Assembly: GCA_905178155.1 (NCBI GenBank)
Contig: CAJINV010000005.1
Coordinates: forward strand, 2,945,161-3,009,160
DNA length: 64,000 bases
DNA from: Amoebophrya sp. A120
Taxonomy: Eukaryota; Protista; Dinoflagellata
Reading direction: 5' to 3'
Every line of letters starts with the position of its first letter. Position 1 is the stretch's first letter. Positions 37,471 through 49,218 of the stretch are shown piece by piece. The translations under genes and the position numbers were made by a program. The notes under the pieces are model-generated. The model was given only the letters and a program-made list of their open reading frames with translations, was not told the origin of the DNA and did not search any database.

Positions 37471-38805
37471 TCACCTGCGGGAGATCAGATCTCGGACCGC
37501 GTTGACACCCTCAATGGCTTGGTGCTGCTTGTTTTGATTCGCACTGCCGCCGGACCGCTCTTCCCTGTTGCTGCTGTCCTTCGAGCTGTTCATTCGACTG
37601 TACTCGGACCCCAGCGCCTTCGCCGACACCGCGTTCAAGGGCCGGCGGATGCGGAAGCTGAGCGGCAGTACCCCGGACTTCTTCACTTCGCCCATGATTT
37701 TCACCAGCTCCTTAATGTCCGCCGCGTCTGTTCCGTTAACGTCCACGATCTGGTCGCCGATGCGCCACCCGAAAAACGCTGCGTCCGGGTGTTCGAACTC
37801 CACTACGCGCTTGTCGTTCGACAGCTTCAGGCCCAGGGACTGCTTCGGGCCTGGGATAAAGAGTTCATTGCAATAATACAGTTCTTCATTCGGGCTTATT
37901 TCTCGCCGCGACGAGGATTATAGATACTGCATTTACCAATTTCACTTTCGCCATCATCTTATTTCATTTGCATCACGACAAGAACCACACTATACCTAGG
38001 AAGTTGTGCACCACCACGCAGCCGTCCTCCTCCTCCCCGATCGCCTCTGCAGGTGATCCCGCGCCGCTGGTTTTCTCCTCCCGTCTACTCCGCTCGCGGT
38101 CGCGGTTTCGCGACTTCGACCGGGACCGGGATCGGGAGCGTCTTCGCGAGTCCCGTCGTGACCTGGACCGCCGGTGGCTGCGTCGTCGCGCGCGCCGTGA
38201 CCGCGAGTGGTCTCGGTCCCTCTCTCGGTCACGCCCGCCCCGCCGGCCGTTGTCGCGGAGCGAGGCCATGAGCGCGCGGCTGTCCGTGAACCTGCCGGCG
38301 CCGTAACTGGATTTGGCACTGAAGATGAGGGGGTGTGATATATCTTAGTTTTGGGAAAAAAGCGAAAACCTGGTGGTGTTCATCTGGAAGTCAGTGTAGA
38401 AACGCATCTTTTTCTCTCGCATGAAGTTTGGTGTACCAGTCGACTTACTTATTTTGATTGAAATTCTATGCAATCGACCAGAACCATCCCGCTTCAACGA
38501 GTTATAATCGTATAAACATAGCTGCAAAAAAAAATTTATACTCGTCCGTTCCCACGCGAACGTTCCCGTCCCCCTTCGAATCCGTTTTCGGTGGCATGCC
38601 CATGCGGTACCGCCCCTGCAGCTGGACGCCGTGCATCATAACCAGGCCCTGGGTCATGGCCTTCATGGCCAGCTCCGCGCTCTCGGAGGACTTGAATTTC
38701 ACGTAAGCCACGTCTTTGTCGCGGTCCATGTAAGGTGGTATCCAGCACACATCAACCTCCCCGTACTGCGACATAAGGGTTTTCAGGCCCACGCGGTTGG
38801 AAAAT
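37471..38805 (-). CDS. RRM + RS-rich + PDZ domain protein (SR-like); start codon not located
   Basis: RRM LKTLMSQYGEVDVCWI...VAYVKFKSSESAELAMKAM; RS tract RRSRSRRDSRRRSRSRSRSKSR; PDZ-like SLGLKL...AAFFGWRIGDQIVDVNG...LSFRIRR. Joined by two GT-AG introns. Confidence 0.7.
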
Positions 38806-40432
38806 CTGATTTAGAGTTTTTTTGCTTGATGTTCTGCTACTAGCAACATAAAACAAAGTTGATCCCTGCGTTCACGATATGACTGTCGGCCTGCAAGATC
38901 AATACCTCAAATCATCATCCGAAGATCACGTCATCTGCGCTAATCCTTCTTTCGACTTTTATGAAACTGAAAAAAAACGAAAGCCATTATACTCCGCTAT
39001 GCCCTGCGTTATCTCCAAGACTAGTGGATTCAGAGCCATTTTGTCGCTGTTCTTGTCTGCTATGCGGGTTTGATGGACCGCGTCGTTTATCGTCGCTTGA
39101 TTCGTTGAAACTAATCGACTACTCGTCGTGGTTCAGATTTCGCGATTGCTGGTTGTATTCCGGGCTTGCTTGTCGCAAGGGGGTTGCGAAGATAATGCTA
39201 TCCCAGCGGTCCTCGCCCCGATAATGGTGGCTTTAGCGAGGTTCGGCTGTTTTGTTCTCGTTTGGTCTGTTCCCGAGTTTGTTGGAAATTATAGCCTGCT
39301 ACCTCAGTCGTGGGGTACTACTAGATCTGACTAGTAGAACAGTGAAAAGCTAAAGCGCTCCTTCGCGTCTCTGCTTTTGCAGTGCCCCGGGGAAGATTGC
39401 GACCTGGTGCGAAAAGAGGCTATGGACGTTTCCATTTTCACTTCGAAGTAGGCGTTGGAACGGATCCAATTGCGGTGTACATATACTACACGTAACAACG
39501 TGGATAGAAAATATATGTAAGTTTTTTCACGACTTAAGAATTCCGTGTGGAGACTACCAGCCAAGTCTGTTTTTTTTCTACCTAAACACGAATTCACAGC
39601 AAAACAGAAGCGGGCAGCAGTTACGGTTCGTGTGAAACAGGAAGCTCCTGCGTGGTCTCTTTAAGTATTCATTGTGATTCAGAAAAAAAAAACACAAAGG
39701 ATCAACGCATTCCTCTTCAGTTTTCAGATCAAAAGTCACAGAAAAATGTCGTCGCCGCTTTGGTGCGGATGACTGCGCATTTCAAAATCTTCGGAACGGA
39801 GATGGATTTCACCTCATTTATGGTTAACAGCTCCAAACCGGTTCGAGGTCACGGCGCCCATTTTGCGTCAGAACGGTGGAACAGTACTCCTCGAAAAGGA
39901 TATTTCTACCGCCGCCGCAGGAATTTTTTCTGTCTCCAACTTTCCTCTGACTTTACTTCGCCAAAAAGAAGATCGTGGTCTTAAATTCACATTTTTACTG
40001 TCACAAAAGTTTAGCATACTCAAACATGCTCCTGTTGCGAAAGGACTCTTTCTTCAGGGGAACTCTTATCTAAAGAACCTCGAGGCATTTGTCTGGTGTT
40101 ATCTATCATTGTTTAAAACAAAAAAGAACAAAATCCCGGTTGCGCACAGGATTCTGCCCTATTGAAGCTTTATCAGTTCATTGATTTATAACTGCTTATC
40201 GATAAACTGCAAGAACTTTAGTGTATTTTTAGTTGATCCATTGATCTCAAAAAGCAGCCGCAGAAATGAAGAAGAAGAAGAACAGGATACTTGTACAATG
40301 TACAACTACTGAATTGGTGAATTAATTTGAAAAAATCTGGACTGCTGCAGAAACCAGGCCGTTTAACTACCACGCTGTCCCACGCACTTAACATCTTCGA
40401 CACAGGGCACCTCTTCCCACTTCCCGTCGTGG

Positions 40433-42951
40433 TCACAGCTCCACCTTCGGCGGAGGTTTTTTCACCCCGCTACTGCTGCTGCCTGGCAGTTGCTTTTTCG
40501 CCTTCTCCGCGAAATACAGCCACGCCCCGATCGGCCACTCGACTTCGGAGCCGTTGATTTCTTCCGTGAAAGTGATGTTGCTGCATTCGTCGCAACCGTT
40601 GGTGTACATGTGAAGCAGCGTGTAGATGTAGTGCAGTTCGAAGCACCGGTGCGGGAGTTTGGACTTGCTCGTGTACTCGTGTCCCTCCTTGACCTTGCTC
40701 TGCCACTCCAGCAAGCACAGCTTCTCCGCTATCACACAGAAGAAAACTGGCATAATGCAAAAATAGATACGCAAAAAAATCTGCGTTGCATATCTGAAAC
40801 AGCATGCTGTGGGGCCAAGCATGGCAGATTTTTCTGTGTATTTATTTTTGCATTACAAATATGCCCTGCCAGCTTTTTTCTGTGGCATATCCGCCGCTTG
40901 CTTTACCGATTTGAGCTTCGGTGCGGGAAACTCCTTGAGATAATCGAGTTCCGGGTAGTGCTGCTGCAAAAGCCACCGCGCAAAATGCGTCACGTACATG
41001 TAGCCGCTGGGTTATGGCGAGAAAAAAAGTTTTCACTAGTATCATCATGATGATCCGGCACTTTTAAAATCTTACTTTTTCCATCATATCCGAAAATAAG
41101 GCACTCGTCCGTGGTGTAGCCGATTGTCTGTACACTAATTACTTTACACGCACGATGTAGTCGCACTTTCATGGCGCCGCGCATGACAAGCATATTCGTA
41201 AGTAATTAAGTTGCGGACTATGCAGGAGGATACGAGAAAACTATCCCGAAGCATACGACCGCGATAAATTTCAAGTTCTTGTTCTTCAGTTTTTTCCAGT
41301 CTTTCTGCATGTGGTGCGGTGACCCCTTATCGTGTTCCATCGCCGCGCGCACGAGATCTGTTTTTTTGCGAAAATGTACCGTTATTCATTCGCCCCTCAT
41401 CTCGCTGTATAATCAAAGCAATTCCGGCGGCAACAACAGCAGAGGACCTGTAAGAGTAGTTGCATACTGATTTCTGAAAAAGCAACACTTCAACGCAAAG
41501 TTCACGCACCTGCGCAGGGCTTCCCGCCACTCGAACTACTACCCGCGCTGCTGCTTTCGAAGCCGGAGAAGTAGCAGCTTTTCCTTTCTGCTGCCGTGAA
41601 GAGTTTGTTGACTCGTTCGCGAGTGAGTTCCATCCCGGATTCCGGGAAAGAGCGGATAAAGCTGTTTTGCCTCGTGATCCGGTTGCAGTCGTTCGGAATG
41701 GCAATCTGGGTGCTAGAACCGCCCAGGTCCAGGATTCCGTGCCGTTCGCAGGGCTGCCCAACGTTTTGCATCTGCTTCACCAGGTAGTTCACGCCCATCA
41801 GGGCGAAAAACCCCTCCTGTTCGCCCTCGATGGTTTCCGTGTTCAAGATATCAAATGTAAAAATGTCTGGGTCTGGAAGAATTCATGTTTGTCATGCTTG
41901 TCTGGCATGACTCTTAAATCTGTCATGCACGTTACCCAAGAGCTCCGTTTTTCTGTGATGCAGAAGCGCAGTTTGTCATGCAGACTAGGCAACACCTAGG
42001 AGCTCAGAAACTTGTCATGCTGAGCCAGGATTTGTAGCCTCATCATGAGACGCCACCCAGCATCACAAGTTTCCAGACCCAGACACTTTTACATTTGATA
42101 CAACAGCTGGAACTGCAACTTGTCTGTTGAAATAAGATCATCAGTCCACGGATTACAAAGTCAAGGCACCACTTATCTTTTAAATTTTTTCTTCGCGAAG
42201 GTGACATCATGATCATACATCATCTTCGGTCTTTGCATATTTATCGGACAACATTAAGTCCGATCGGAAATGGAGGGCACCAAACGTCGCAAGTATAAAA
42301 AAATTATCAAAATTTAGAACCCGCTACATCCCCCCGGAAGTAGTCGTTCAGCCCGCTGCTTACGCTCTTCCACACCCCTTCTCGCTTGCTGGAGGGCAAC
42401 AGCCGCATGCCCGCGGTCCCGAATATCTTCACCCCGATCGCCCTACCGTAGTACTTCGGCCCCTCCTCCTTCATGAACTTCGCGAACAGCCACTGCAACG
42501 GCTGCAGCGCCCCCTCTGGTTTCTCGGCGAAGGAGCTGAGTCCCGGCTTCTTCTTGCCGACAATTTTGGAGTGGAGTAGAACGCCATCGGTGTTGCTGTG
42601 AAACACGTACCTGGACAGAATAGTACGGATTTTTATGTAGTACAGGTGTTGAAGATTTTCTTTTGCCGCGTTTATTTCCTAAGGACGTCTCTGGCAATGC
42701 GGCACTTGACCGCCATGGCATTCTTGCGAGACGCGGTAGCATTGAAAAGATCATAGAACGATGAAAACTATCTTCCGAGACAGCTGCTTTGAAATTTCCA
42801 CTGCGAAGAGCGATGGTATGTCAAGAAAGTACATTCGCGATCCCGTGCTCCCCGCGTCTATGATGATTTCCACTTTTTCCGCTTGTGCCAGCACCGCGCG
42901 CGCCGCCGAGAAAGCAGCCACCGCGATCCGCGTCGGGAAAAGCCGCAACAT
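40433..42951 (-). CDS. GDA1/CD39-family nucleoside di/triphosphatase (apyrase) with signal peptide and C-terminal KVEL
   Basis: ACR1 IIIDAGSTGSR, ACR2 FGTAGMRLL, ACR3 IEGEQEGFFALMGVNY, ACR4 GILDLGGSSTQIA, ACR5 WPIGA. Confidence 0.9.
40730..40889. mobile_element. Introner-like TIR element, family D
   Basis: TATCACACAGAAGAAAACTGGCA...TGCCAGCTTTTTTCTGTGGCATA; direct repeat tccgc/tccgc. Removal gives KQAAEKLC. Confidence 0.88.
41040..41232. mobile_element. Decayed TIR element within a probable GT-AG intron
   Basis: TATCATCATGATGATCCGGCACTT versus reverse complement TATCCTCCTGCATAGTCCGCAACTT; direct repeat lost. Confidence 0.5.
41849..42100. mobile_element. Introner-like TIR element, family A (252-bp subfamily)
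   Basis: Family A TIRs; direct repeat caaga/caaca; near-identical in reverse complement to the 21628 element. Confidence 0.94.
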
Positions 42952-43998
42952 GATGGCGACTACTGGTCAGCACGACTACACCGTTTATTTTTCCAATTCC
43001 CAATCTCTTCCCGGCCCGAATGTGCCCAAGACGTACCGGGCGCTTGCTGGAAATCAAGCTGTCCTCCCGTCGACCGATCGTCTTCTAGGCGGACTACTGC
43101 CGGCTCATCCGTGCCGCAGCTCGACGACCGGGTGAGTGTCGGGAAAAGATCAAGGCAAGAAGGTCCTTTTTCTTTACTTTCAAGGGCTCTCGACCCACAT
43201 ATAATGCCCACGTGGGACGACACGGAAAGAAAAACCGACTACGCGGCGGCCCATTTTCTCTCCTTCGCGGCTTCAGCTTCGAAAAATGAAGATCACGCAA
43301 AGTTGGGAGTGAAGACAAAATCGCAATAGCAAAATAAAGTTGTACTGGCTACTGTACTTTAAACCACATGCTGACTCGATGAACTAGCGGCGCACTGAAT
43401 GTTGACGGATTCTTATCGAAAAGCTTCACGGACTTTTGATCAACGAAATATCTCCATTGGCAGTGAGCCCGGAAAGGAAAACGAGAAAAGGATCCTTCTG
43501 CAGATCTAGGATGGCAAGGAAGCAAAAGGGTGCGAACAGTGCTGATTTTTACGAGCGCGCGATCGCGGTGGATCCTTCCCTTGGCCACTAGTACGGCGCA
43601 CGGTTGCACTGCGGGAGAAGAAAGGGCGACACGCGTTGGCTTTTTCTCAGCGGCCTATCTACTCGCACGCGGATGAGCGTCGGCCTGCCTTGCCGCTGCG
43701 AGACGCGCTCACGGGCGCCAATCACGCTGGGCCGCGCGCGATTTTCCTGCACCCGGACGCGACAGCGGTGCCCGATCTTGTTGGTTTTCGATTCGTCGCA
43801 TTTTGCGGCCTGTTTCGATCGTCGCGAGCCCGCTCCCTCTTTCGGGTTGGCAATGGCGACAAAGCTCGGGGGCCCGGCGCAAGCATATGGCAGGGTCCTG
43901 CCAGCCCGCGATCGCGACGCATATGCGGAGTCTTCGCATCGTATTCCTTAGGGTAATGCACCGCTTCCCGTCGATGCGAGGAGTGTAGAACGACCTGA

Positions 43999-44024
43999 GG
44001 GGGGGGGGGGGGGGGGGGGGGGGG
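43999..44024. repeat. Poly-G tract (26 nt)
   Basis: Read directly from the sequence. Confidence 0.9.
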
Positions 44025-45852
44025 CTGCCATGCAAGGGGCCAACTACTGGGTGAACCAGTAGTGTGATTGCCGGTGAGGTAGGTAGTTTCTGCATTTTCT
44101 GGAAGGAAGGCAATGCACCACCCCCACCGCCCCTATTGCTTTGCACGGATCCAATCACATGAATGAAATCCATCAAACTGGACACCTCAATGCATCTGGT
44201 TGCCATATCTGGGGCAGTTTTTACCATCCTCCCAAGATCAATAATTTTCACAAAAAGTTTCACCGTGGTAATATACTGTTTTTTCACGGGTTGCGTTATG
44301 TCTTAAGGGCATGCATTTCATTAATTTCCAGCTTTTGTCCATGCACATGACCAAAATGAAGACACATAAGTAAAATTGAGGATTTGTTAAAAATAAGGTA
44401 AAAATTAAAAAAATTCGTGAGTGGAAAAAAAATCAATAAATCAAGTAAAAGCTGTCAACTATCAAGACTACCCCAGGTATTATGCGTTTTTTATTCATAT
44501 ACCAAGGTAGTTTCTTGTAAATTAATGGCTTTTTCTGATAATATAAAAAATCTGAAAAATTTTTTAAAAGTCAAAAAATGGAAATCAGGCAAGACTGAAT
44601 ATTAAAAAACAACGAAAAACGCCCTGAATGAAGTGAATTTGCAAGTTTCCGGCCTTTTGAAGGTATTTTATACCGTGAACATTCTTCCAATTCGTGATAT
44701 TTCCAGAAATTCCATTACGGGAAAAATTTTAAAAAAGTGCACAGATAAGATATCTCACGCCAAATATAATATTGATAGTTAGTCGCTTAAGTGTTTATCA
44801 TTATATGAGGATGTTGGTTAATTCAGGAAAGCCAACTTAATATATTACAACAATTTCAAACTAACTTGAAAAATTTGAAAATTTTTGAACAAATCCACAT
44901 GAAGCAAGTACCTTTCAAACTCTGGCCGATGAAACTTATAAAAGGTATGACTCTGCGCGTTTCAACGCACATTCCACCTGCGAAATTAGAAATGGTCAGC
45001 CCTTTTGCATTGTGCGCAATTTGGCAAAATCTAGAAAAATACTTACCCCCCCACCCCCCTGCTTCTTTTCTAGTATTCTCTTCCAGGATGGGAAATGGCC
45101 TCCGTCGACCCAAAAGGGGCGCGCACCCAAAAGAGGGGGGGGCTTTCCTAATCCTATCCTGGACTGGATCGGCATGCCAGGCCCGCATGGTGCGCACACG
45201 CCTACTGCGCGCATTCTCGCCCGTCGTCACTCTTGCAAGGACGGCCCTGGGCCGCCTCCGCCGATGAAGTGAGGGCGCAAAACCAGGCACGCCGCGCCCT
45301 ATCATCGCGCTGCACCGAAGCCCGCCGCCGGTTCTTCCCGCGCGAGCCGGCGCTGGTTACGCAGTGGCCCGATGGCACGAAGGGGCCGCGGCGATGCCGC
45401 CAAGTTCGCCAAGCGACCGCGGGCGGACCTTCGCAAGGGGGGCGGGTAGCCGTGTCGACAGGTTAACCGCGCGGGCGGCGCCCGAAGCTGCGCGCGGATT
45501 CCGCGCCGGATCGCCTTGGACAAGTTCGATCGAGGCGGGCCCAGACACCGGGCCTGTGGGCTTGGCAAAAGGCCTACCAAGTTTGCCGCTGCCCATTTCC
45601 AAATGCGCGGCCGCGTCGCCGTATTTTCACAACGCGGCGCGGGGCGCTCCTGCTTGCGCTGCGGACTATGCCGCAACCAGAGGGCCTCCGGCGATTTCGG
45701 TGGCGCGCCGATGTACTTCCGCCCCTCTATCGCGAAAAAAAGCGGACGCTCGAGGGCTTTCGACGCGCGGCATTTGCTGAGCGATTTTGGAAAAGCACTT
45801 ATTAGGGCGGGGGCGGTCATACTCCGGCGCCCCGAAACGTGGTTTCTCCATA

Positions 45853-47835
45853 ATGGCCTCGCTCCGCCCAGCGGGGGCGACCTCGGAGCAGGAAAACCGC
45901 GCCGCCGACCTCGATCGAAGCCGGACGGCGGTGAGAGAGAAACTGCTGAAGGACTTGCTCAGCTCGGACGAGGACAAAGCCGGCCCTTCCCCGGCGGCCG
46001 CGCATAAGAACGCGGAGGCTTCCGAGCAGCTGGACTCCCGTTCCGCAGCCGGGCCGCACCGCGAGCACGACTGCGACCCCGGCAACCCTTGTCCCCCAGC
46101 TTCGAGCAGTGCGTGCCCCTCGGGAAAAACACCTACGTCGCGGCTCCCGAACGAAGGCGAACTATCTTCGTCCTCACGATCAGAGAAGTCGCAACCCGCC
46201 GGGGTTCCTCCCCCGGCCGCAATCGCCGACCGGCTCGAAGCCGCGCTCTTTGAGCAGAATCCCGGCAGCGCCTACCTCCCCCGTGTATCAAGGTGAAACG
46301 TGCCCGGCCCCCGGAAGTCGGGCATTTTTCTGAAATACAAAGTTTTTCAATGGATCTTTTCTTGCGGGAGACGACCATCAGTCTGCCCGATGTAGATTCT
46401 AGGCGAGCAGAGTATCTTCTGCATGATAAGCCCGGCTGTTGCCGGATTTTTATATTTTTTGCATAGACAGACTCTTGCTCTGCTGTATCGAAAACTTGTG
46501 TAGATGCTGCATGCAACATAACAAGTGTCCCCATTGGAAAGCTTTGCGATGTTGTTTCGCGTTCGGGGGTAGAGGCGTTTCTCAATGCCATAGCGTGCGC
46601 GCGAAGTCCTCGCGGGATTGCGCCAGCCGCACCTGCAGCACGTCCGGAAGCAGCTGTTGTCAGGCGCGGTCGATCCAGCCGTGGTGGCCGGTTGGGACGC
46701 GAAGAAATTTTGGAATCCGCAAAAGCGGCGCGCGGGGGCGGGGAAAGTGAACGGCAGCGAAGCAACGAGCGGTAGCGAGTCTTCTCCGGATCTTGTTCGG
46801 GAAGCGAATCGAAGTCGCGAAGAGAATCGAAGTGGAAACCCTAGAGTCGATTCATCCGCAGAGGACCGCAGCGGGGGGACGAGCGGCAGGCAGCAAGAGG
46901 ACCACGCCAATCCGAAAGGGAGTGCGGTCGACGGGGAAAGCGACAAGAAAGCGCAGCAGAAGCAAGAAAGCCGGGCGCAGAAGAAGCGGAAGCACATTCA
47001 GGATAGCTTTCCGCACTTCGACCCCAACTTGGCCTGTGAACAGTGCGAAACTATCGGATATCAACCGCATGCGAAAACTTTACTTCTTTATTAGGTGGCC
47101 TGCAGAGAACTACATGACGCGCTGCTCGTTTCAAAAATCACTTTGCAAGCGAGCATTTTTATGCTATGGGGGCAACATCCATGTATTGATTCGTTATTCG
47201 TCGTATGGTCTTTCAGATTCACGAAGTGGTTTTTTATTTTTTGTGCATACCGACGTCCGCTACGCGATTCTACGAGACACGTGGATGTGGCCGCGGTGTG
47301 GCGGTTATCAAATGCAAAAGTGTCTGGGTCTGGAAGGTTGCAAGGTTTGTCATGCTAGTCTGGCATGACTCTGCACTCTGTATTGCGTGGCCACCAAGAG
47401 GCCCGCTTGCCTGTCATGCAAGAGCGCAGTTTCTCATGCGAAATACGCAGCACAAGAGCACGAAAAAACTTGTCATGCTTGGCGGTGCATTACAGGGCAC
47501 TTACTTTTCACGGACTTGCATCATAAGTTTCCAGACCCAGACAGATTTGCATTTGATAGCGGCAGAGGCGGAATGATGTCTGCAGACACTGGGAGGACAC
47601 TTATCATTCGGGAAATACTAGATTGATATCCTGTTTGTGAAGATGCAGAGGTATGAGAACGCGGAGAGCCTCGGGCGAGTTGACTGTGCCCATATCGCAT
47701 GGCTTATGCTCAGGTTTAGTTTGCATTCGTTTTTGCATCACAAACATGATTAAATCTTGTATGTTTTGCCGAATAACGTTAATGCTGTATTGCGAAGCTT
47801 GTCAGCACGAGGGCGTGCATCACAGTTTTGCGTAA
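45853..47835 (+). CDS. Divergent TFIIS-like protein: central domain plus C-terminal Zn ribbon
   Basis: After removing four TIR introns: AIADRLEAALFEQNPGSAYLPRAREVLAGLRQPHLQHVRKQLLSGAVDPAVVAGW (TFIIS central-domain-like) and LACEQCET.DVRY...SADTGRTLMLYCEACQH (Zn ribbon). Confidence 0.7.
46286..46592. mobile_element. Introner-like TIR element (diverged, C-like)
   Basis: TATCAAGGTGAAACG..CCCCCG versus CGGGGG..CGTTTCTCAATGCCATA; direct repeat ccgtg/gcgtg; removal restores the frame. Confidence 0.8.
47059..47249. mobile_element. Decayed introner-like intron
   Basis: TATCA...GCATA ends; removing the element plus 5 nt restores the Zn-ribbon frame; direct repeat only 2/5. Confidence 0.5.
47306..47558. 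mobile_element. Introner-like TIR element, family A
   Basis: TATCAAATGCAAAAGTGTCTGGGTCTGGAA...TTCCAGACCCAGACAGATTTGCATTTGATA; direct repeat gcggt/gcggc. Confidence 0.92.
47602..47775. mobile_element. Older introner-like TIR element
   Basis: TATCATTCGGGAAATACTAGATTGATATCCTGTTTGTGA versus reverse complement TATTCGGCAAAACATACAAGATTTAATCATGTTTGTGA; direct repeat acact/acgtt. Removal gives RTLMLYCEAC. Confidence 0.7.
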
Positions 47836-48005
47836 ATGATAACACTTTATGCTGTTTAAATTATAAACAAAGCATTGGCAACGCATTGAGAAAAAAACCA
47901 TAGCGCCACCGAGGAAAAACCATTTGACAAAACATGACACAACGTTTCGACATGAAGGGTGCTCTTGCGATAGCGAGCCGGCGCAAAAACAAAGCGAAAA
48001 AGTTA

Positions 48006-49218
48006 CCTAAGCGAGGCAGTACAGAAGCACTACTTAAGCGAAGCACCACTTAAGCGAAGCACTTCTTAGGCGAAGCACTACGTAAGCGAAGCACTAGGCA
48101 GTGCCTAAGCGAGGCACTACTTAAGCGAGGCAGTGCTGAAGTGAGGCACTACTCAAGCGAGGCAGTGCTGAAGCGAGGCACTACTTAAGCGGGGCACTAC
48201 TTAAGCGAGGCACTACTTCAGCGAGCCAGTGCCTAAGCGAGGCACTACTGAGGCGAGCCAGTGCTGAAGCGAGGCACTACCCAAGCGAGGCACTACTTAA
48301 GCGAGGCACTACTTAAGCGAGGCAGTGCTGAAGCGAGACAGTGCCTAAGCGAGGCACTACTTAAGCGAGGCACTGCTGAAGCGAGGCACTACTTGGGCGA
48401 GGCAGTTCTGAAGCGAGGCAGTGCTGAAGCGAGGCACTACTTAAGCGAGGCAGTGCCTAAGGGAGGCACTACTAACTTAAGCGAGGCAGTGCCGAAGCGA
48501 GGCACTACTTAGGCGAGGCAGTGCTGAAGCGAGGCACTACTTAAGCGAGGCAGTGCTGAAGCGAGGCACTACTTAAGCGAGGCAGTGCTGAAGCGAGGCA
48601 CTACTTAAGCGAGGCACTACTTAAGCGAGGCACTACTTAAGCGAGGCACTACTTAAGCGGGGCACTACTTAAGCGAGGCACTACTTAAGCGAGGTAGTGC
48701 CTAAGCAAGGCACTACTTAAGCGAGGCAGTGCTGAAGCGAGGCACTACCCAAGCGAGGCACTACTTAAGCGAGGCACTACTTAAGCGAGGTAGTGCCTAA
48801 GCGAGGCACTACTTAAGCGAGGCACTACTGAAGCGCGGCAGTGCTGAAGCGAGGCACTACTTAAGCGAGGCAGTGCTGAAGCGCGGCACTAATTAAGCGA
48901 GGCAGTGCCTAAGCGAGGCACTACTTAAGCGAGGCAGTGCTGAAGCGCGGCACTAATTAAGCGAGGCAGTGCCTAAGCGAGGCACTACTTAAGCGAGGCA
49001 GTGCTGAAGCGAGGCACTACTCAAGCGAGGCACTACTTAAGTGAGGCAGTACTTAAGCGGGGCACTACGTAAGCGAGGCACTACTTCTTAAGCGAGGCAG
49101 TTCCTAAGCGAGGCAGTGTTGAAGAAGGTGGAGCACTGTGGGCGAGGCACTACCTAGGCGAAGCACTATGTAAGCGAGGCACTTTACTACGCAAAAACGC
49201 GGCACTGCCTAAGCGAAG
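48006..49218. repeat. 16-bp variant minisatellite, about 75 units: AAGCGAGGCA plus CTACTT, GTGCTG or GTGCCT
   Basis: Read directly from the sequence; units degenerate at both edges. Confidence 0.95.

Noticed and set aside
44043-44063. Helitron 3' terminal hairpin
   Set aside because: No CTRR terminus at the expected distance was identified, and no Rep/helicase sequence is nearby.
48261-48512. 83-aa ORF with repeated LKRG/EAR motifs
   Set aside because: It is a translation of the 16-bp minisatellite.
48006-49218. CRISPR array
   Set aside because: The variable part is only 6 nt and reuses about three sequences; there are no unique spacers and no cas genes, and the context is eukaryotic.
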